From: Candidatus Bathyarchaeota archaeon
GTDB taxonomy: Archaea; Thermoproteota; Bathyarchaeia; TCS64
Assembly: GCA_016930055.1 (NCBI GenBank)
Contig: JAFGHP010000082.1
Span: 3-64,002, forward strand
DNA: 64,000 nt
Reading direction: 5' to 3'
Shown here: positions 1-11,120 of the stretch, in pieces
Position numbering within the stretch: the stretch's first letter is position 1
Layout: each line of letters starts with the position of its first letter
The notes under the pieces: generated by a model
The model's input: the letters and a program-made list of their open reading frames with translations, nothing else
Databases searched by the model: none
Told to the model about the DNA's origin: nothing
Program-made: the position numbers and the translations under genes

Positions 1-690
1 CATATAAACACCTACATCCGTAAATCCCATTAATAATGCAACAATTAATAAAAATCCACCAGGGAAAACCATTGAAACACCTAATTTTCTTTCAGGTAAA
101 CCCTTTTTTAATATTGTTTTAAGATCATTAGTCATTATAGAAGGAAAAGCAGATGCAGTTGCATATATTAAAGGTAGTGTTATTAAAAGTACAAAGGGTA
201 GCATAGTTACAAACCAGAAAACGGTTAGTCCAATGGACATTATTATTAAAGCTTCTAATGGAAGAGATACGTATTAATTTTGGTAAAGAAGTTTATATGC
301 AAAAACATAAAGAATAGAAACAATTGCATTAGCTAAAAATAATCCTGCATTAATTATAATAATAAATCTATCCCAACTAAATTTTTTCCAAAGCAATTTT
401 CCCATAAAATAAAACCCAATAAAGTTACCCGGTACTGCTGCAATTAAGCTACCGGGATATAAGTATCCATGTTTAATAGAATCAGCTAATAGAGTTCCAA
501 AAGCTGCTCCAATTCCTGCTGGTAAAGGACCAAAAATTATAGCAAAATAGGCAGGTATTACAACCGCGGGTCTAAATTGACCTACTCCCCATGGAGAGGG
601 AATATAAGCAGTTAAGTAAGAGCCTACAGCATAAAGTGCTGCACAAATCACTGTGACCATTATTTTTACAGATGCTCTTTCACTATTCAT
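1..690 (-). pseudogene. ECF transporter S-component-like membrane protein interrupted by an in-frame TAA (274-276); runs off the window edge
   Basis: N-terminal ECF-S-like sequence (AALYAVGS..GQFRP..FGP..G.GAAFG). After the TAA the same frame stays open for 91 codons of hydrophobic sequence (YVSLPLEALIIMSIGLTVFWFVTMLPFVLL...). Confidence 0.7.
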
Positions 691-834
691 GATATCACTA
701 TCATATGTTAATAATTTTGTTTTACTTTTATAGTGATTAATATTTTGGTGATTAATGAAAAATTATTTTAAAAAGTATAGTAATTTATTTTTTTTAACCC
801 ATATTTTTTAATGTAGTTAAATATACCTTAAATC

Positions 835-3327
835 ATGTTAAAAGAGAGAATTCCTACACCTGAGGAACATTTTGGTTTTAATATTGGTGATGATAGGAAA
901 CTTGCTGATTGGTCTGAAATAGTTGAATATTTTTGGGAAGTTTCAAAAAAAACTGATAAGATTATAGTTGAAGAGCTTGGTAAAACAACAGAAGGAAATC
1001 CGTTTATATTAGCAACTATTTCTTCCTCAAAAAACTTAAAAAATCTTGAAAAAATAAGAAAAATACAGTTACAATTACTAGATCCAGAAAAGCTATCAGA
1101 TAATGAAGCTGAAAAACTAATAATTGAAGGAAAAACTATAGTCATTATTAGTTGTAGCATTCACTCAACCGAAGTTGGTGGAAGCCAAATGAGTGTTAAT
1201 CTTCTCCATCATCTAATCTCTAGCGAAGATTCTAAAGTTAAAGAAATTTTAGATAATGTAATTCTACTTCTAGTTCCGTCTTTAAATCCCGATGGAAACA
1301 GAATTGTGTGTGAATGGTATAAAAAATATTTAAACACCCCCTATGAGGGGACCAGTCCACCATGGTTATACCACAAATATGCTGGTCACGACAATAATCG
1401 AGATTGGTTCATGTTTGTTCTTCCAGAAACCAAAATAGCTGTTGAAAAGATCCATAATAGATGGCATCCTCAAATAGTATATGATTTACATCAGATGGGG
1501 AAAAAAGGTCCAAGACTCTATGTTCCTCCTTACAAAGATCCTATTGATCCAAATGTTGATCCTATTCTAGTTTCTGGTATCAATTTTATGGGAATAAACA
1601 TGGCGCATGCCCTTACTATTGCAGGTAAGGGTGGAGTAACAATCGCATGGGGATTTGATGCTTGGACACCTGCTAGAGCATATCAACATTACCATGGTGG
1701 AATCAGAATATTAAGCGAAGCAGCAAGTTGTGATATAGCTACTCCAATTGAAGTAAAAGAATCAGAAATAGAAAATGAACGTGGATTTAAAGGAAGAGAA
1801 GCAAGATGGACTCATCCCCTACCATGGAAAGGAGGTAAATGGAGTCTTAAAGACATTGTTGAATACGAGTTTATTGCAGCAATGGCACTTTTAGATAATG
1901 CTGCTAAATTTAGAGAAAGATGGGTAAGAGGAAGCTATGAAATTGGTAAAAGAAGCCTTAAAATAACGAATAATCAAACAACATTCATAATTCCAAAAGA
2001 ACAGACTGATCCAGTAACAACCATTGAGTTATTAAATGTACTAAAAATGGGAGATGTAAGACTTTATAAAACTAATGAACCCTTAACAATGGATGGTAGA
2101 ACTTATTCTGACGGAACCATCATTGTTCCAACAAATCAACCTTATGGTAGATTTGCTAAAACCATGCTTGAAAAACAAAACTACCCTGACTTACGTATAA
2201 ATCCTACAGACGCACCAGAGATACCCTATGATGTAACTGCTCATACTTTAGGTTTGAATATGGGAGTAATTGTGGATCAAACCACAAATAAAATAAACTG
2301 TTCTTTGGAATTGGTAAAAGAAATCCATGTAAAAAAAGGTTTACTTTTTGAAGAGGGAAAACCATATTATATTTTTAATTCAGAAATTAATGCATCAACA
2401 AAAGTTACAAATCTACTTCTAAGAAAAGGTTACACTGTTCATAGAATTTGTGAATGGGAAGAAATTAATGGCACCATCTTTAAACCTGGATCATTTGTTG
2501 TAGAAGAAAAGGAAGGATTAGAAAAATTACTCAGAGAATTTACAGAAAACGGGATAAATTTCTATGGGATTGAAGAATTACCTGAGATAGCTTTCACTAT
2601 TAATGATCCAAAAATTGGAATCTATAAGAGTTGGAGTGGAAATGCAGATGAAGGATGGCTAAGATTGGTTCTTGAAGAATATAAATACGAATACAAATCA
2701 TTGTCTCCACAAGATATTAGGAATGGTAATTTAATAACTAAATTTGATGTAATAATTTTCCCCGACCAAGTAAGAGACTCCATTGTAGAGGGAATGAAAG
2801 CTCAAAGAGGTGCAGAACCATCAAAATATGAACCAAAATACAGGATAGGCTTAGGAGAAGAGGGAATAAGAGCGATTCAAGAATTTTTAAACGAAGGAGG
2901 ATCGGTAATCACTTTAAATAAGTCATCAATTTTTGCGATAAAGGATCTATTAGCTCCAGTTGAAAATGCATTAGAAGGATTAAAAGAACAGGAATTTTAC
3001 TGCCCCGGTAGCATTTTAAAAGTTAATGTTGATGAGAGTCATCCTGTAGGTTATGGGTACAGTAGAGAAGCCTCTGTTATGTTTGTAAATGGAGTTGCTT
3101 TTAATATGAAAGATGAGGGTTACGCTGTTGTAAAGTATCCAGAAGCAGATCCACTGCAAAGTGGATGGATTTTAGGTGAGAAAAAAATTAGAGGAAAAGC
3201 TGCAATAGTTGATATAAACGCAGGTAATGGTTACATGGTTTTATTTGGATTTAGCCCACATTTCCGTTATCAGACTAGAGGAACACTAAAAATGTTGTTT
3301 AATGCAATATATTATTGTGCTTCTTAA
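835..3327 (+). CDS. M14 family zinc carboxypeptidase-like protein with C-terminal glutamine-amidotransferase-like domain (paralog 1)
   Basis: HSTE (HxxE), NPDG, DNNRD and DLHQM motifs; C-terminal DEGW..VLE and FSPHFR. Confidence 0.88.
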   Translation: MLKERIPTPEEHFGFNIGDDRKLADWSEIVEYFWEVSKKTDKIIVEELGKTTEGNPFILATISSSKNLKNLEKIRKIQLQLLDPEKLSDNEAEKLIIEGKTIVIISCSIHSTEVGGSQMSVNLLHHLISSEDSKVKEILDNVILLLVPSLNPDGNRIVCEWYKKYLNTPYEGTSPPWLYHKYAGHDNNRDWFMFVLPETKIAVEKIHNRWHPQIVYDLHQMGKKGPRLYVPPYKDPIDPNVDPILVSGINFMGINMAHALTIAGKGGVTIAWGFDAWTPARAYQHYHGGIRILSEAASCDIATPIEVKESEIENERGFKGREARWTHPLPWKGGKWSLKDIVEYEFIAAMALLDNAAKFRERWVRGSYEIGKRSLKITNNQTTFIIPKEQTDPVTTIELLNVLKMGDVRLYKTNEPLTMDGRTYSDGTIIVPTNQPYGRFAKTMLEKQNYPDLRINPTDAPEIPYDVTAHTLGLNMGVIVDQTTNKINCSLELVKEIHVKKGLLFEEGKPYYIFNSEINASTKVTNLLLRKGYTVHRICEWEEINGTIFKPGSFVVEEKEGLEKLLREFTENGINFYGIEELPEIAFTINDPKIGIYKSWSGNADEGWLRLVLEEYKYEYKSLSPQDIRNGNLITKFDVIIFPDQVRDSIVEGMKAQRGAEPSKYEPKYRIGLGEEGIRAIQEFLNEGGSVITLNKSSIFAIKDLLAPVENALEGLKEQEFYCPGSILKVNVDESHPVGYGYSREASVMFVNGVAFNMKDEGYAVVKYPEADPLQSGWILGEKKIRGKAAIVDINAGNGYMVLFGFSPHFRYQTRGTLKMLFNAIYYCAS

Positions 3328-3400
3328 TCCCTGTGAGGCTTTTTTAAATATTTTTTTATTTAAAAATGGAATTTTAATGCAATTATAGTTGTTTTTATAA

Positions 3401-4264
3401 TTAAGTATAAAGATTTTCTAAAAGATTTGAATAATCAAGATCTTCTTTAGTGACATTAAAATATTGGATTGAACTTAAAACTTCATTAATGCTTGAAAAA
3501 CCAGCTATTGTAGCACTAACCCCGGGTTGATCAAGAACATAAGATAAACATTTTAATGGTGTAGCATTTAAAGGAATTTTGAAAGTTTGTGATCTACCAC
3601 CAGTTTGATAAGCCGCAACCCTAACTTTTTTTCCGTACTGTAAAAGTTTTCCTCCAGCAAAAGGTTTCATGGCTATTACTCCAATGTTATAGTCTCTGCA
3701 AATTTCAAGAGCTTCATCACGCCCTGACATGTTATGATTAGCTAAATTTATTTGGTAAGTTATTACATCAATTTCCCCAGATTCAACTGCAAGTTTAACT
3801 ACTTCAGATGAATGGGTACTAATACCTACAGCTTTAGCTTTTTTATTATCTTTCAGATCTAAAGATAAATCAAGCAATCCATTCTTAATTACTTCTTTCC
3901 AAGTTTTTACATTTTTTATATAATGTAAATTTACTATGTCAATATTTTTCCTTTTTAAATCCATTAAAGTATTATTAAAATAATTTTCGCATTCTTCGCT
4001 TTTCCTAGAACATACGTATTTTCCATCAATTACTCCTGAACCCAAATGGATTTGAAACTTAACATCTTTATCTTTGGTTACTTCAGCTATGCCAGATGTT
4101 ATTTCAGGTAAAGCCCAAACCATGTCAATAAAATTAATGTTATACATTAAAGATGTTTTAACAATTGATGAAATTAAATTAATATCTAAACCTTTTAAGT
4201 GTTCAACTCCTAAGCCAATTACACTAGTTACTATACCTGATCTACCAAGAGTACGATATAACAT
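3401..4264 (-). CDS. aldo/keto reductase family protein
   Basis: YRTLGRSG..SVIGLG, GISTH and GVIAMKPFAGG motifs. Confidence 0.85.
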   Translation of the reverse strand: MLYRTLGRSGIVTSVIGLGVEHLKGLDINLISSIVKTSLMYNINFIDMVWALPEITSGIAEVTKDKDVKFQIHLGSGVIDGKYVCSRKSEECENYFNNTLMDLKRKNIDIVNLHYIKNVKTWKEVIKNGLLDLSLDLKDNKKAKAVGISTHSSEVVKLAVESGEIDVITYQINLANHNMSGRDEALEICRDYNIGVIAMKPFAGGKLLQYGKKVRVAAYQTGGRSQTFKIPLNATPLKCLSYVLDQPGVSATIAGFSSINEVLSSIQYFNVTKEDLDYSNLLENLYT

Positions 4265-4325
4265 AATAAAACCAATTTAATAAAGTAGGTTTAAGTTTAA
4301 AAAAATTAAGTATCATCCATAACTG

Positions 4326-4594
4326 TTATTCTTCAATTATCTCTACATTTGCTCGATGTACAGTAACTTTGTTACCATCTAAGAGTTTGATTACAAGAAC
4401 TCGTACAAGGCTTTCGGATTCTAATGGTTGAAGCTCAACAGGAAACTATCAACAATCCCAATAAGCCCAAAATAAGGTTGACGAATAATTCTTACATGAG
4501 TATCAGGAACCATCCCCGACTCTAATCCACCTCCGTTTTCCAGAATAATTTCTTGACGAGGAGGAACAATATGGTGGCAAAGATTTTTAGTCAT
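4326..4594 (-). pseudogene. frameshifted gene fragment encoding a KOW/SH3-like domain
   Basis: ATG at 4594 overlaps the upstream TGA. Reads ...VRIIRQPYFGLIGIVDS, then after a 1-nt frameshift near 4443 PVELQPLESESLVRVLVIKLLDGNKVTVHRANVEIIEE-stop. Confidence 0.6.
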
Positions 4595-5070
4595 TCATTA
4601 GGTTCTTCTTCCGTATTTTTATTTATATTTTCATCTTTTTGCAGTTCTTCCGATTGTGGTATTGAGTCCTCTTCATCTAAAGGTTCTTTAATTTCAGTTT
4701 CTTTTCTCGATTCTTGTTTATTTTTTTCTCTTTGATAAAAATAAACACCAATATAACCTCCTACAGAATAAGATACTAATAATATAACTACAAAAATGGG
4801 ACCTTTAATAATAAATAAATTGTATTGAACAAACATAGTTGTTAACCAAGAAATTATTGAAGATATTAAACCGACCTTATAATAATCATTAGTTGCTTTA
4901 TTACAGACTAAATAAGACGCTGCTACCCCACCCATCACATAAATTATAAAGGAAAGATAATCAAGGATAGGTAGATAGAATGTTGCATAATTCCATAAGA
5001 ATGGAAAAGAATTCGCAATTATTCCAGCGGTTAGATAATCGAGAAGATTAAGAGTTTTTTCTTCTTTCAA
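4591..5070 (-). CDS. hypothetical 4-TM membrane protein with acidic C-terminal tail
   Basis: Four hydrophobic segments followed by an E/K/D-rich tail; TTG start. Confidence 0.65.
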   Translation of the reverse strand: MKEEKTLNLLDYLTAGIIANSFPFLWNYATFYLPILDYLSFIIYVMGGVAASYLVCNKATNDYYKVGLISSIISWLTTMFVQYNLFIIKGPIFVVILLVSYSVGGYIGVYFYQREKNKQESRKETEIKEPLDEEDSIPQSEELQKDENINKNTEEEPNE

Positions 5071-5148
5071 TTAAATCATCCTTCTTATGTTTAAGTAGAT
5101 AAGAACTAGTTAGAGCTATATTATTTCTTTTATGCAAAAAGATACGGG

Positions 5149-5850
5149 ATGTATATGATGAAGACGAAAACATTAGCATTAAGTACTATTTTAGCTGCAC
5201 TCTATGCTGCTTGTAGTTTTCTTCCAGGGTTTCCAGTAATTGGTGTTTCAGGATCAAAGATCGATATAGTAAGAGCCTTTGATATATTCTATGGGATTAT
5301 TTTAGGTCCATTTTATGGACCATTGGCTGCTTTTTTGGGTAGTTTTACTGGTAAATTTTTGTCTGGTGGTGGATTTAGTATTTTTCTTACACCTCTAGCG
5401 CCCATCACTGCTTTTGTAGCAGCTGGATTGTATCATGAAAAAATTTTTGGGATTAAAGGTTGGATCCTATCCAGCAGTATATCGACAATATTGATAATTG
5501 GCTGGTTTTTCACAGAAGTTGGTAGAGGAGCTCCCTTTTATCCAATACCTCATATTATTGGATTAATAATGATGATTTTATTTAAAAATAGAAATTTGAT
5601 GCTGTTTAATTCAAACAAGAGTGAAATGATCCCTTCAGCTATTTACATTAGTTTATCATCAACTTTGACAGGTCACATGTTGGGTAATTTAATCTTTCTA
5701 GCCTTTTTTGATACAACATCGACTTTTTTTATGGGTCTTTTACCTATTTCTATAATCGAAAGATCTGTTATCACAATAATTACAACAATTTTGATTGTCA
5801 GTAGTTTAAGAACAATATATAAACTGTATCCTGAATTAGTTAATAATTAA
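5149..5850 (+). CDS. ECF transporter S-component-like membrane protein
   Basis: AALYA start, GIILGPFYG.LAAFLG motif, several TM helices, C-terminal ER motif. Confidence 0.7.
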   Translation: MYMMKTKTLALSTILAALYAACSFLPGFPVIGVSGSKIDIVRAFDIFYGIILGPFYGPLAAFLGSFTGKFLSGGGFSIFLTPLAPITAFVAAGLYHEKIFGIKGWILSSSISTILIIGWFFTEVGRGAPFYPIPHIIGLIMMILFKNRNLMLFNSNKSEMIPSAIYISLSSTLTGHMLGNLIFLAFFDTTSTFFMGLLPISIIERSVITIITTILIVSSLRTIYKLYPELVNN

Positions 5851-7150
5851 CTTGAAAATTATTTTTTAATATAATTTCTCTGGCTTCTCCTACTAGGAAA
5901 AGTGATCCTGTTATTAGAATAAGATCATTCTTTTGAGCTATATGAACAGCTTTGTTAAATGCTATTGTAAAATCTTGTGAAATTTCTGCATTTTTACCTA
6001 CTCTCCTAAATTCCTTAGCGATAATTTGAGGATCAGTTGATCTACTCTTAACCCTATGATTTGTTGCTATAATAAAATCAGAATATTTAGCTAATTCTTC
6101 TACCATTTTTGAAATGTTTTTATCAGATGAAATCCCAATTATGAGTATAAGATGTTTATAATCAAAAATTGATAACGATTTTGTTAAGGCTTTAACAGCT
6201 GCTTCATCTTTTGCACCATCCAATACAATTAAAGGATGATTCGAAACCACTTCAAGTCTTCCTGGCCATTTAACGTCTTTTATTCCTTCAATAATGGCTG
6301 ATTCTGAAATATCATACCCATATTTTTTCAAAGATTCAATTGCTGCAATGGCTGTCGCCGCGTTTATCGCTTGATGTTCACCTAAAAGTTTAGTAAATAA
6401 TTCATAACTTTGTCTTTTTCCATTTACAATAAAATGTAGACCTTCAAAATTTAATTTGATAATTCTATATGTAATGTCTTTACCAACTCTAATAATATTA
6501 GAAAATTTTTTATTACTGATATCTTTTAATAATTGAAATATTTCTTTATCTTCTGTTGCGGTCACAACTATACAATTTTCTTTAATTATACCTGCTTTAT
6601 TAGATGCGATTTCAAGTTTAGTTTCACCAAGAACGTTTGTATGTTCTAAACTTACATTAGTAATTATAGCTATGAGGGGATCAATAACATTGGTTGCATC
6701 GAGTAATCCTCCCATACCCGCTTCAATTATTGCGAATTGGGTTTCTTGTTCTGCAAAATAAGTAAATGCCAATGCAGTTAATATCTCAAATTGAGTTGGG
6801 TGTCGTGGATTATTTTTAGTTTCCATTTCATTTGCATTTATTTTTATTTTTAAAAGAATTCTTGTTGCATCATCTTCAGAAATTAATTGATTATTAATTT
6901 TTATACTCTCTAAAAAAGTAGATAAATGAGGTTTAGTAAATAAACCTACTTTAAAACCAGCTGATATTAAAATTGAAGCTATCATTGCAGCAGTACTACC
7001 CTTACCATTTGTTCCAGTGATATGTATCGTCCTTAATTTTTTCTGAGGGTTATTTAGTTTAGATAATAGAACTGTAATTGCTTCAAGCCCTAATTTTGAA
7101 CCTAATTTATCTGTTTCGTAGTACCAATTACTAATGTTTTCATAATTCAT
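5840..7150 (-). CDS. folC: folylpolyglutamate/dihydrofolate synthase family ligase
   Basis: HITGTNGKGS, EAGMGGLLDATN, LEH..LG, KAGI, WPGRLE and TGSLFLVG motifs. Confidence 0.88.
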   Translation of the reverse strand: MNYENISNWYYETDKLGSKLGLEAITVLLSKLNNPQKKLRTIHITGTNGKGSTAAMIASILISAGFKVGLFTKPHLSTFLESIKINNQLISEDDATRILLKIKINANEMETKNNPRHPTQFEILTALAFTYFAEQETQFAIIEAGMGGLLDATNVIDPLIAIITNVSLEHTNVLGETKLEIASNKAGIIKENCIVVTATEDKEIFQLLKDISNKKFSNIIRVGKDITYRIIKLNFEGLHFIVNGKRQSYELFTKLLGEHQAINAATAIAAIESLKKYGYDISESAIIEGIKDVKWPGRLEVVSNHPLIVLDGAKDEAAVKALTKSLSIFDYKHLILIIGISSDKNISKMVEELAKYSDFIIATNHRVKSRSTDPQIIAKEFRRVGKNAEISQDFTIAFNKAVHIAQKNDLILITGSLFLVGEAREIILKNNFQVNY

Positions 7151-7256
7151 ATGATAGAAATAATAGAACTACTTATTATTCTTAATTTTTAAATCGAAAA
7201 ACGATTTAAAATTTACATATTTAGAAGTATATTTAATTAAGGCAATAAACTAAAGT

Positions 7257-7670
7257 GTGGATTATATGGATTTACCTGGTGAGACCAAAAATTATTTTGC
7301 TGGTGCAGCTGTCGCTTTTAGTATTGTTGTAATAGTTAATCAATTATTAAATTTCTTAATTTCTGGTTATGATGCAAATACAGTTATTTCAATGGAAGTT
7401 CATTTAGGAATGGTACAATTAAGTGCACATGTAATTGGAGGATTTTTAGCGGGTTACCTCGTAGCAAAAAAACTTGAATCAGATTATATTCTATCAGGTA
7501 TAACCGTAGGTCTTTTATCTTATTTATTTGATGCAATATATATCTCATTTTTTGGAAATAATTTCATGCCTGAATTTTGGGCTTTAGGAGGATTCATAAT
7601 CTCCGGAGCGGGAGGAGCCTATTTAATTAGGAAAAAACAGATAGAATCGGATAAAAAAGAAGATAAATAA
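7257..7670 (+). CDS. hypothetical 4-TM membrane protein
   Basis: Four Gly-rich hydrophobic helices. Confidence 0.65.
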   Translation: MDYMDLPGETKNYFAGAAVAFSIVVIVNQLLNFLISGYDANTVISMEVHLGMVQLSAHVIGGFLAGYLVAKKLESDYILSGITVGLLSYLFDAIYISFFGNNFMPEFWALGGFIISGAGGAYLIRKKQIESDKKEDK

Positions 7671-7791
7671 AAAGTATAAAATTATTGTTATTCTAAATAG
7701 ATCAAGATTAATTAATTTTGTAACATTTATGTGATAAAGTATATATCCATGTTATAATTTTCATGTGATATTCGAGTTGAGAAAGGAGTTT

Positions 7792-9048
7792 ATGTCTAAA
7801 AAAAAGATAGTTTTAGCTTATTCTGGAGGTTTAGACACTAGTGTTATGCTAAAATGGCTTCAAGAACAATATAAAAGCGATGTAGTTAGTCTCACCATAG
7901 ATGTAGGTCAAGGTGATGACTTGAAAAAAATTGAGCAAAAAGCATGGGATCTTGGTGTTGTTAATCATTATACTATGGATGTAAGAAAAGAATTTACTGT
8001 AGAATATGTTTATCCTGCAATTAAAGCAAATGCTTTATACATGGATACTTATCCCATCAGCAGCAGTCTTAGTAGACCACTAATTGCTAAAAAGATGGTT
8101 GAAGTCGCAGAAATTGAAGGAGCATATGCTGTTGCGCATGGTTGTACAGGTAAAGGAAATGATCAAGTTCGCTTTGATGTTACAATTAAAGCATTAAATC
8201 CAAATTTGAAGATAATTGCACCAGTGAGAGAATGGAAATTTGACAGAAATTCTGAAATTATTTGGGCTAAAGAACATAATATTCCTGTTCCAGTAACAAT
8301 AGATTCACCTTATAGTATAGATCAAAACCTTTGGGGAAGAAGTATTGAAGGCGGTATTTTAGAGCATCCTGAAGAAATAGCTCCAAAAGAGATTTGGGAG
8401 TGGACAAATCATATCGAAGACACTCCTAAGGAACCCGAATATGTTACAATTGGATTTGAAAAAGGGGTTCCAACAAGTATTGATGCAGTAGAGATGGATC
8501 CAGTTAGTATTTTAGAAAAAATAAATAGTCTTGCTGGAAAACATGGAATTGGACGTTGCGAACACATGGAGGATCGCACTGTAGGTCTGAAAAGTAGAGA
8601 AATCTATGAAGTTCCTGCAGCAGAAACTATTTTAGCAGCACATAAGGATCTGGAAAAAATGGTTTTAACCGTACACCAAATGTTGATGAAAAGAGAAATA
8701 GATCATAAATGGACTACACTCGTCTATCAAGGTCTATGGGTTGATCCCCTAAAAAAGGATCTTGAAGCTTTCATAAATAGTACCCAAGAAAACGTAACAG
8801 GGTGGGTTACAATGAAACTTCATAAAGGTAGTGCAAAACCAGTTAAACGTGGAAGTGAATATAGCTTATATGATTATAACTTGACAAGCTTTGACGTAAA
8901 TATTAAATATGATCAACATGACGCAATTGGTTTCATTGCATTATGGGGTTTACCAAGTGTAACAAGTTGGAATCTCAAAAGAAAAATAATTGAGCAAAAA
9001 GACATAGAGCAAGTACAAAAAGTTACAACACCTCAAAAAAACAAATAA
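7792..9048 (+). CDS. argG: argininosuccinate synthase
   Basis: LAYSGGLDTS, HGCTGKGNDQVRF, DQNLWGRS and KSREIYE motifs; GGAG SD before ATG 7792. Confidence 0.96.
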   Translation: MSKKKIVLAYSGGLDTSVMLKWLQEQYKSDVVSLTIDVGQGDDLKKIEQKAWDLGVVNHYTMDVRKEFTVEYVYPAIKANALYMDTYPISSSLSRPLIAKKMVEVAEIEGAYAVAHGCTGKGNDQVRFDVTIKALNPNLKIIAPVREWKFDRNSEIIWAKEHNIPVPVTIDSPYSIDQNLWGRSIEGGILEHPEEIAPKEIWEWTNHIEDTPKEPEYVTIGFEKGVPTSIDAVEMDPVSILEKINSLAGKHGIGRCEHMEDRTVGLKSREIYEVPAAETILAAHKDLEKMVLTVHQMLMKREIDHKWTTLVYQGLWVDPLKKDLEAFINSTQENVTGWVTMKLHKGSAKPVKRGSEYSLYDYNLTSFDVNIKYDQHDAIGFIALWGLPSVTSWNLKRKIIEQKDIEQVQKVTTPQKNK

Positions 9049-9197
9049 AACCATATCTTAAAACTTTTTAAAATTAATTAACCTAAATAAAGGCTTAATT
9101 TAAATAATTAACTAAGTGAAACTAAAAATTTATAATATATTAATATCCTACCAAAATGCATTTAGATTAATATAATAAATAAATATGAGGTATATAC

Positions 9198-11066
9198 ATG
9201 CCAAAATCTTTAGGCATGAAGATTAATTCAACAAGTAAAGAGAACCTTATAACCATTAATAATGATTACGTTACTCAACAAATTGAATATTTTAGTAACC
9301 TATGTCGCCCCTCTAAAGTGACCATATTAAATGAGAAATCTGAAGATCTTGAATATGTTCGTAAATTAGCTATCTCAACAGGTGAAGAAAAAAATCTGAA
9401 AATTAAAGGACATACTGTTCATTTTGATGGATATAATGATTTAGCCAGAGACAAAAAATCCACAAAAGCACTGATGCCTCCAAAAATGAAGTTAAGCAAA
9501 AACATAAATGTAGTAGATAGAGATGAGGGATTAAAAGAAATTTTACAATTATTTGAAGGTTCTATGGAAGGCAAAGAGATGTTAGTTAAATTTTATTGTC
9601 TAGGACCAACAAATAGTAAATTTAGTTTAGGTGCTTTACAAATTTCAGATTCACCTTATGTGATTCATTGTGAAGACATTTTATATAGACAAGGTTATGA
9701 GCATTTTCAATTTCTAAAAGAATCGAATAAATTTTTTACTTTTATACATTCAGCAGGTGAATTAAATGAATTTAATGTTAGCAAGAATACTGACAAAAGA
9801 AGGATCTATATCGATTTAATTGATGGCAAGGTTTATAGTGTTAATAATCAATACGCGGGCAATAGTGTTGGTTTAAAAAAATTAGCATTACGTCTAGCAA
9901 TATACAAAGCGAATAATGAAAATTGGCTAGCAGAACATATGTTAATAACCGGGATAAAGTCTTTGAAAAATGAAAGAATAACTTATTTTACTGGCGCTTA
10001 TCCATCAGCATGTGGAAAAACTAGTACTGCAATGATCCCTGGACATACTATTGTTGGTGATGACATTGCATATTTAAAAGTTGATACTACAGGTAATTGT
10101 AGAGCAGTTAACATAGAATGTGGAATTTTTGGAATAATTCAGGATGTAAACCCAATCGACGATCCATTAATATACAAAGCTTTGACGACTCCACGTGAAT
10201 TAATTTTTAGTAATGTGCTCATAAATAATGGTAAACCCTATTGGTTAGGAATGGGAAATGAGGAAATACCTAACAATGGAACAAATTTTTTTGGTGAATG
10301 GTATAAAGGATTAAAAGATAAAGACGGAAAAGAAATCCCTTATGCACATAGTAATGCAAGATACACAATGAGATTAAATGAACTTGAAAACGTTGATCCT
10401 AATTTCAATGATCCGAATGGTCTATTGATTAAGGGAATATTTTATGGTGGAAGAGACAGTGACACAAATGTACCAATATCTGAAGCAGTAAATTGGGAGC
10501 ATGGTGTATATATCGGAGCCACACTTGAATCAGAAACTACAAGTGCAATAATTGGTAAAATAGGCATAAGAAATAGTGATCCTATGGCGAACATGGATTT
10601 TTTAGTAGTCCCCCTAGGTCAATATTTAACTAATCATATTAATTTTGGAAAAAAAATGATAAATCCACCAAAAGTTTATTCGACGAACTACTTTTTAAAA
10701 AATAATGGGAAGTACACGAATAGTAAATTAGATAAAAAAGTTTGGGTTTTATGGGCAGAAGGAAGAGTGTTTAATGAATATGACGTAATAAAGACCCCTA
10801 TTGGCAATATTCCATTATATCCAGATTTAGAAATGTTATTTGATAAAGTCTTCAATAAAAAATATCATGAAGACGATTATATTTTACAGTTTAGTATTAG
10901 AATAGACAAATATCTAGAAAAAATTCAGAGAATGGAAAAATTATTTGAAAATGAAGAAAAAATGCCAAAAGTTTTTTGGGAGATCCTGAATCAACAAAAA
11001 AGCCAATTGTCTGAATTAAAAATTCAAACAGGAAGAGAAATGCTTCCACCAACATATTTTCAATAA
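9198..11066 (+). CDS. pckG: phosphoenolpyruvate carboxykinase (GTP)
   Basis: AYPSACGKTS, VGDDIA, WLAEHM, NARYT and YGGRDSD motifs. Confidence 0.93.
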   Translation: MPKSLGMKINSTSKENLITINNDYVTQQIEYFSNLCRPSKVTILNEKSEDLEYVRKLAISTGEEKNLKIKGHTVHFDGYNDLARDKKSTKALMPPKMKLSKNINVVDRDEGLKEILQLFEGSMEGKEMLVKFYCLGPTNSKFSLGALQISDSPYVIHCEDILYRQGYEHFQFLKESNKFFTFIHSAGELNEFNVSKNTDKRRIYIDLIDGKVYSVNNQYAGNSVGLKKLALRLAIYKANNENWLAEHMLITGIKSLKNERITYFTGAYPSACGKTSTAMIPGHTIVGDDIAYLKVDTTGNCRAVNIECGIFGIIQDVNPIDDPLIYKALTTPRELIFSNVLINNGKPYWLGMGNEEIPNNGTNFFGEWYKGLKDKDGKEIPYAHSNARYTMRLNELENVDPNFNDPNGLLIKGIFYGGRDSDTNVPISEAVNWEHGVYIGATLESETTSAIIGKIGIRNSDPMANMDFLVVPLGQYLTNHINFGKKMINPPKVYSTNYFLKNNGKYTNSKLDKKVWVLWAEGRVFNEYDVIKTPIGNIPLYPDLEMLFDKVFNKKYHEDDYILQFSIRIDKYLEKIQRMEKLFENEEKMPKVFWEILNQQKSQLSELKIQTGREMLPPTYFQ

Positions 11067-11120
11067 TATAAATATAGAAAACCATTAAACACTCTGCATC
11101 CTTTATTTTGTTGATAGGTT

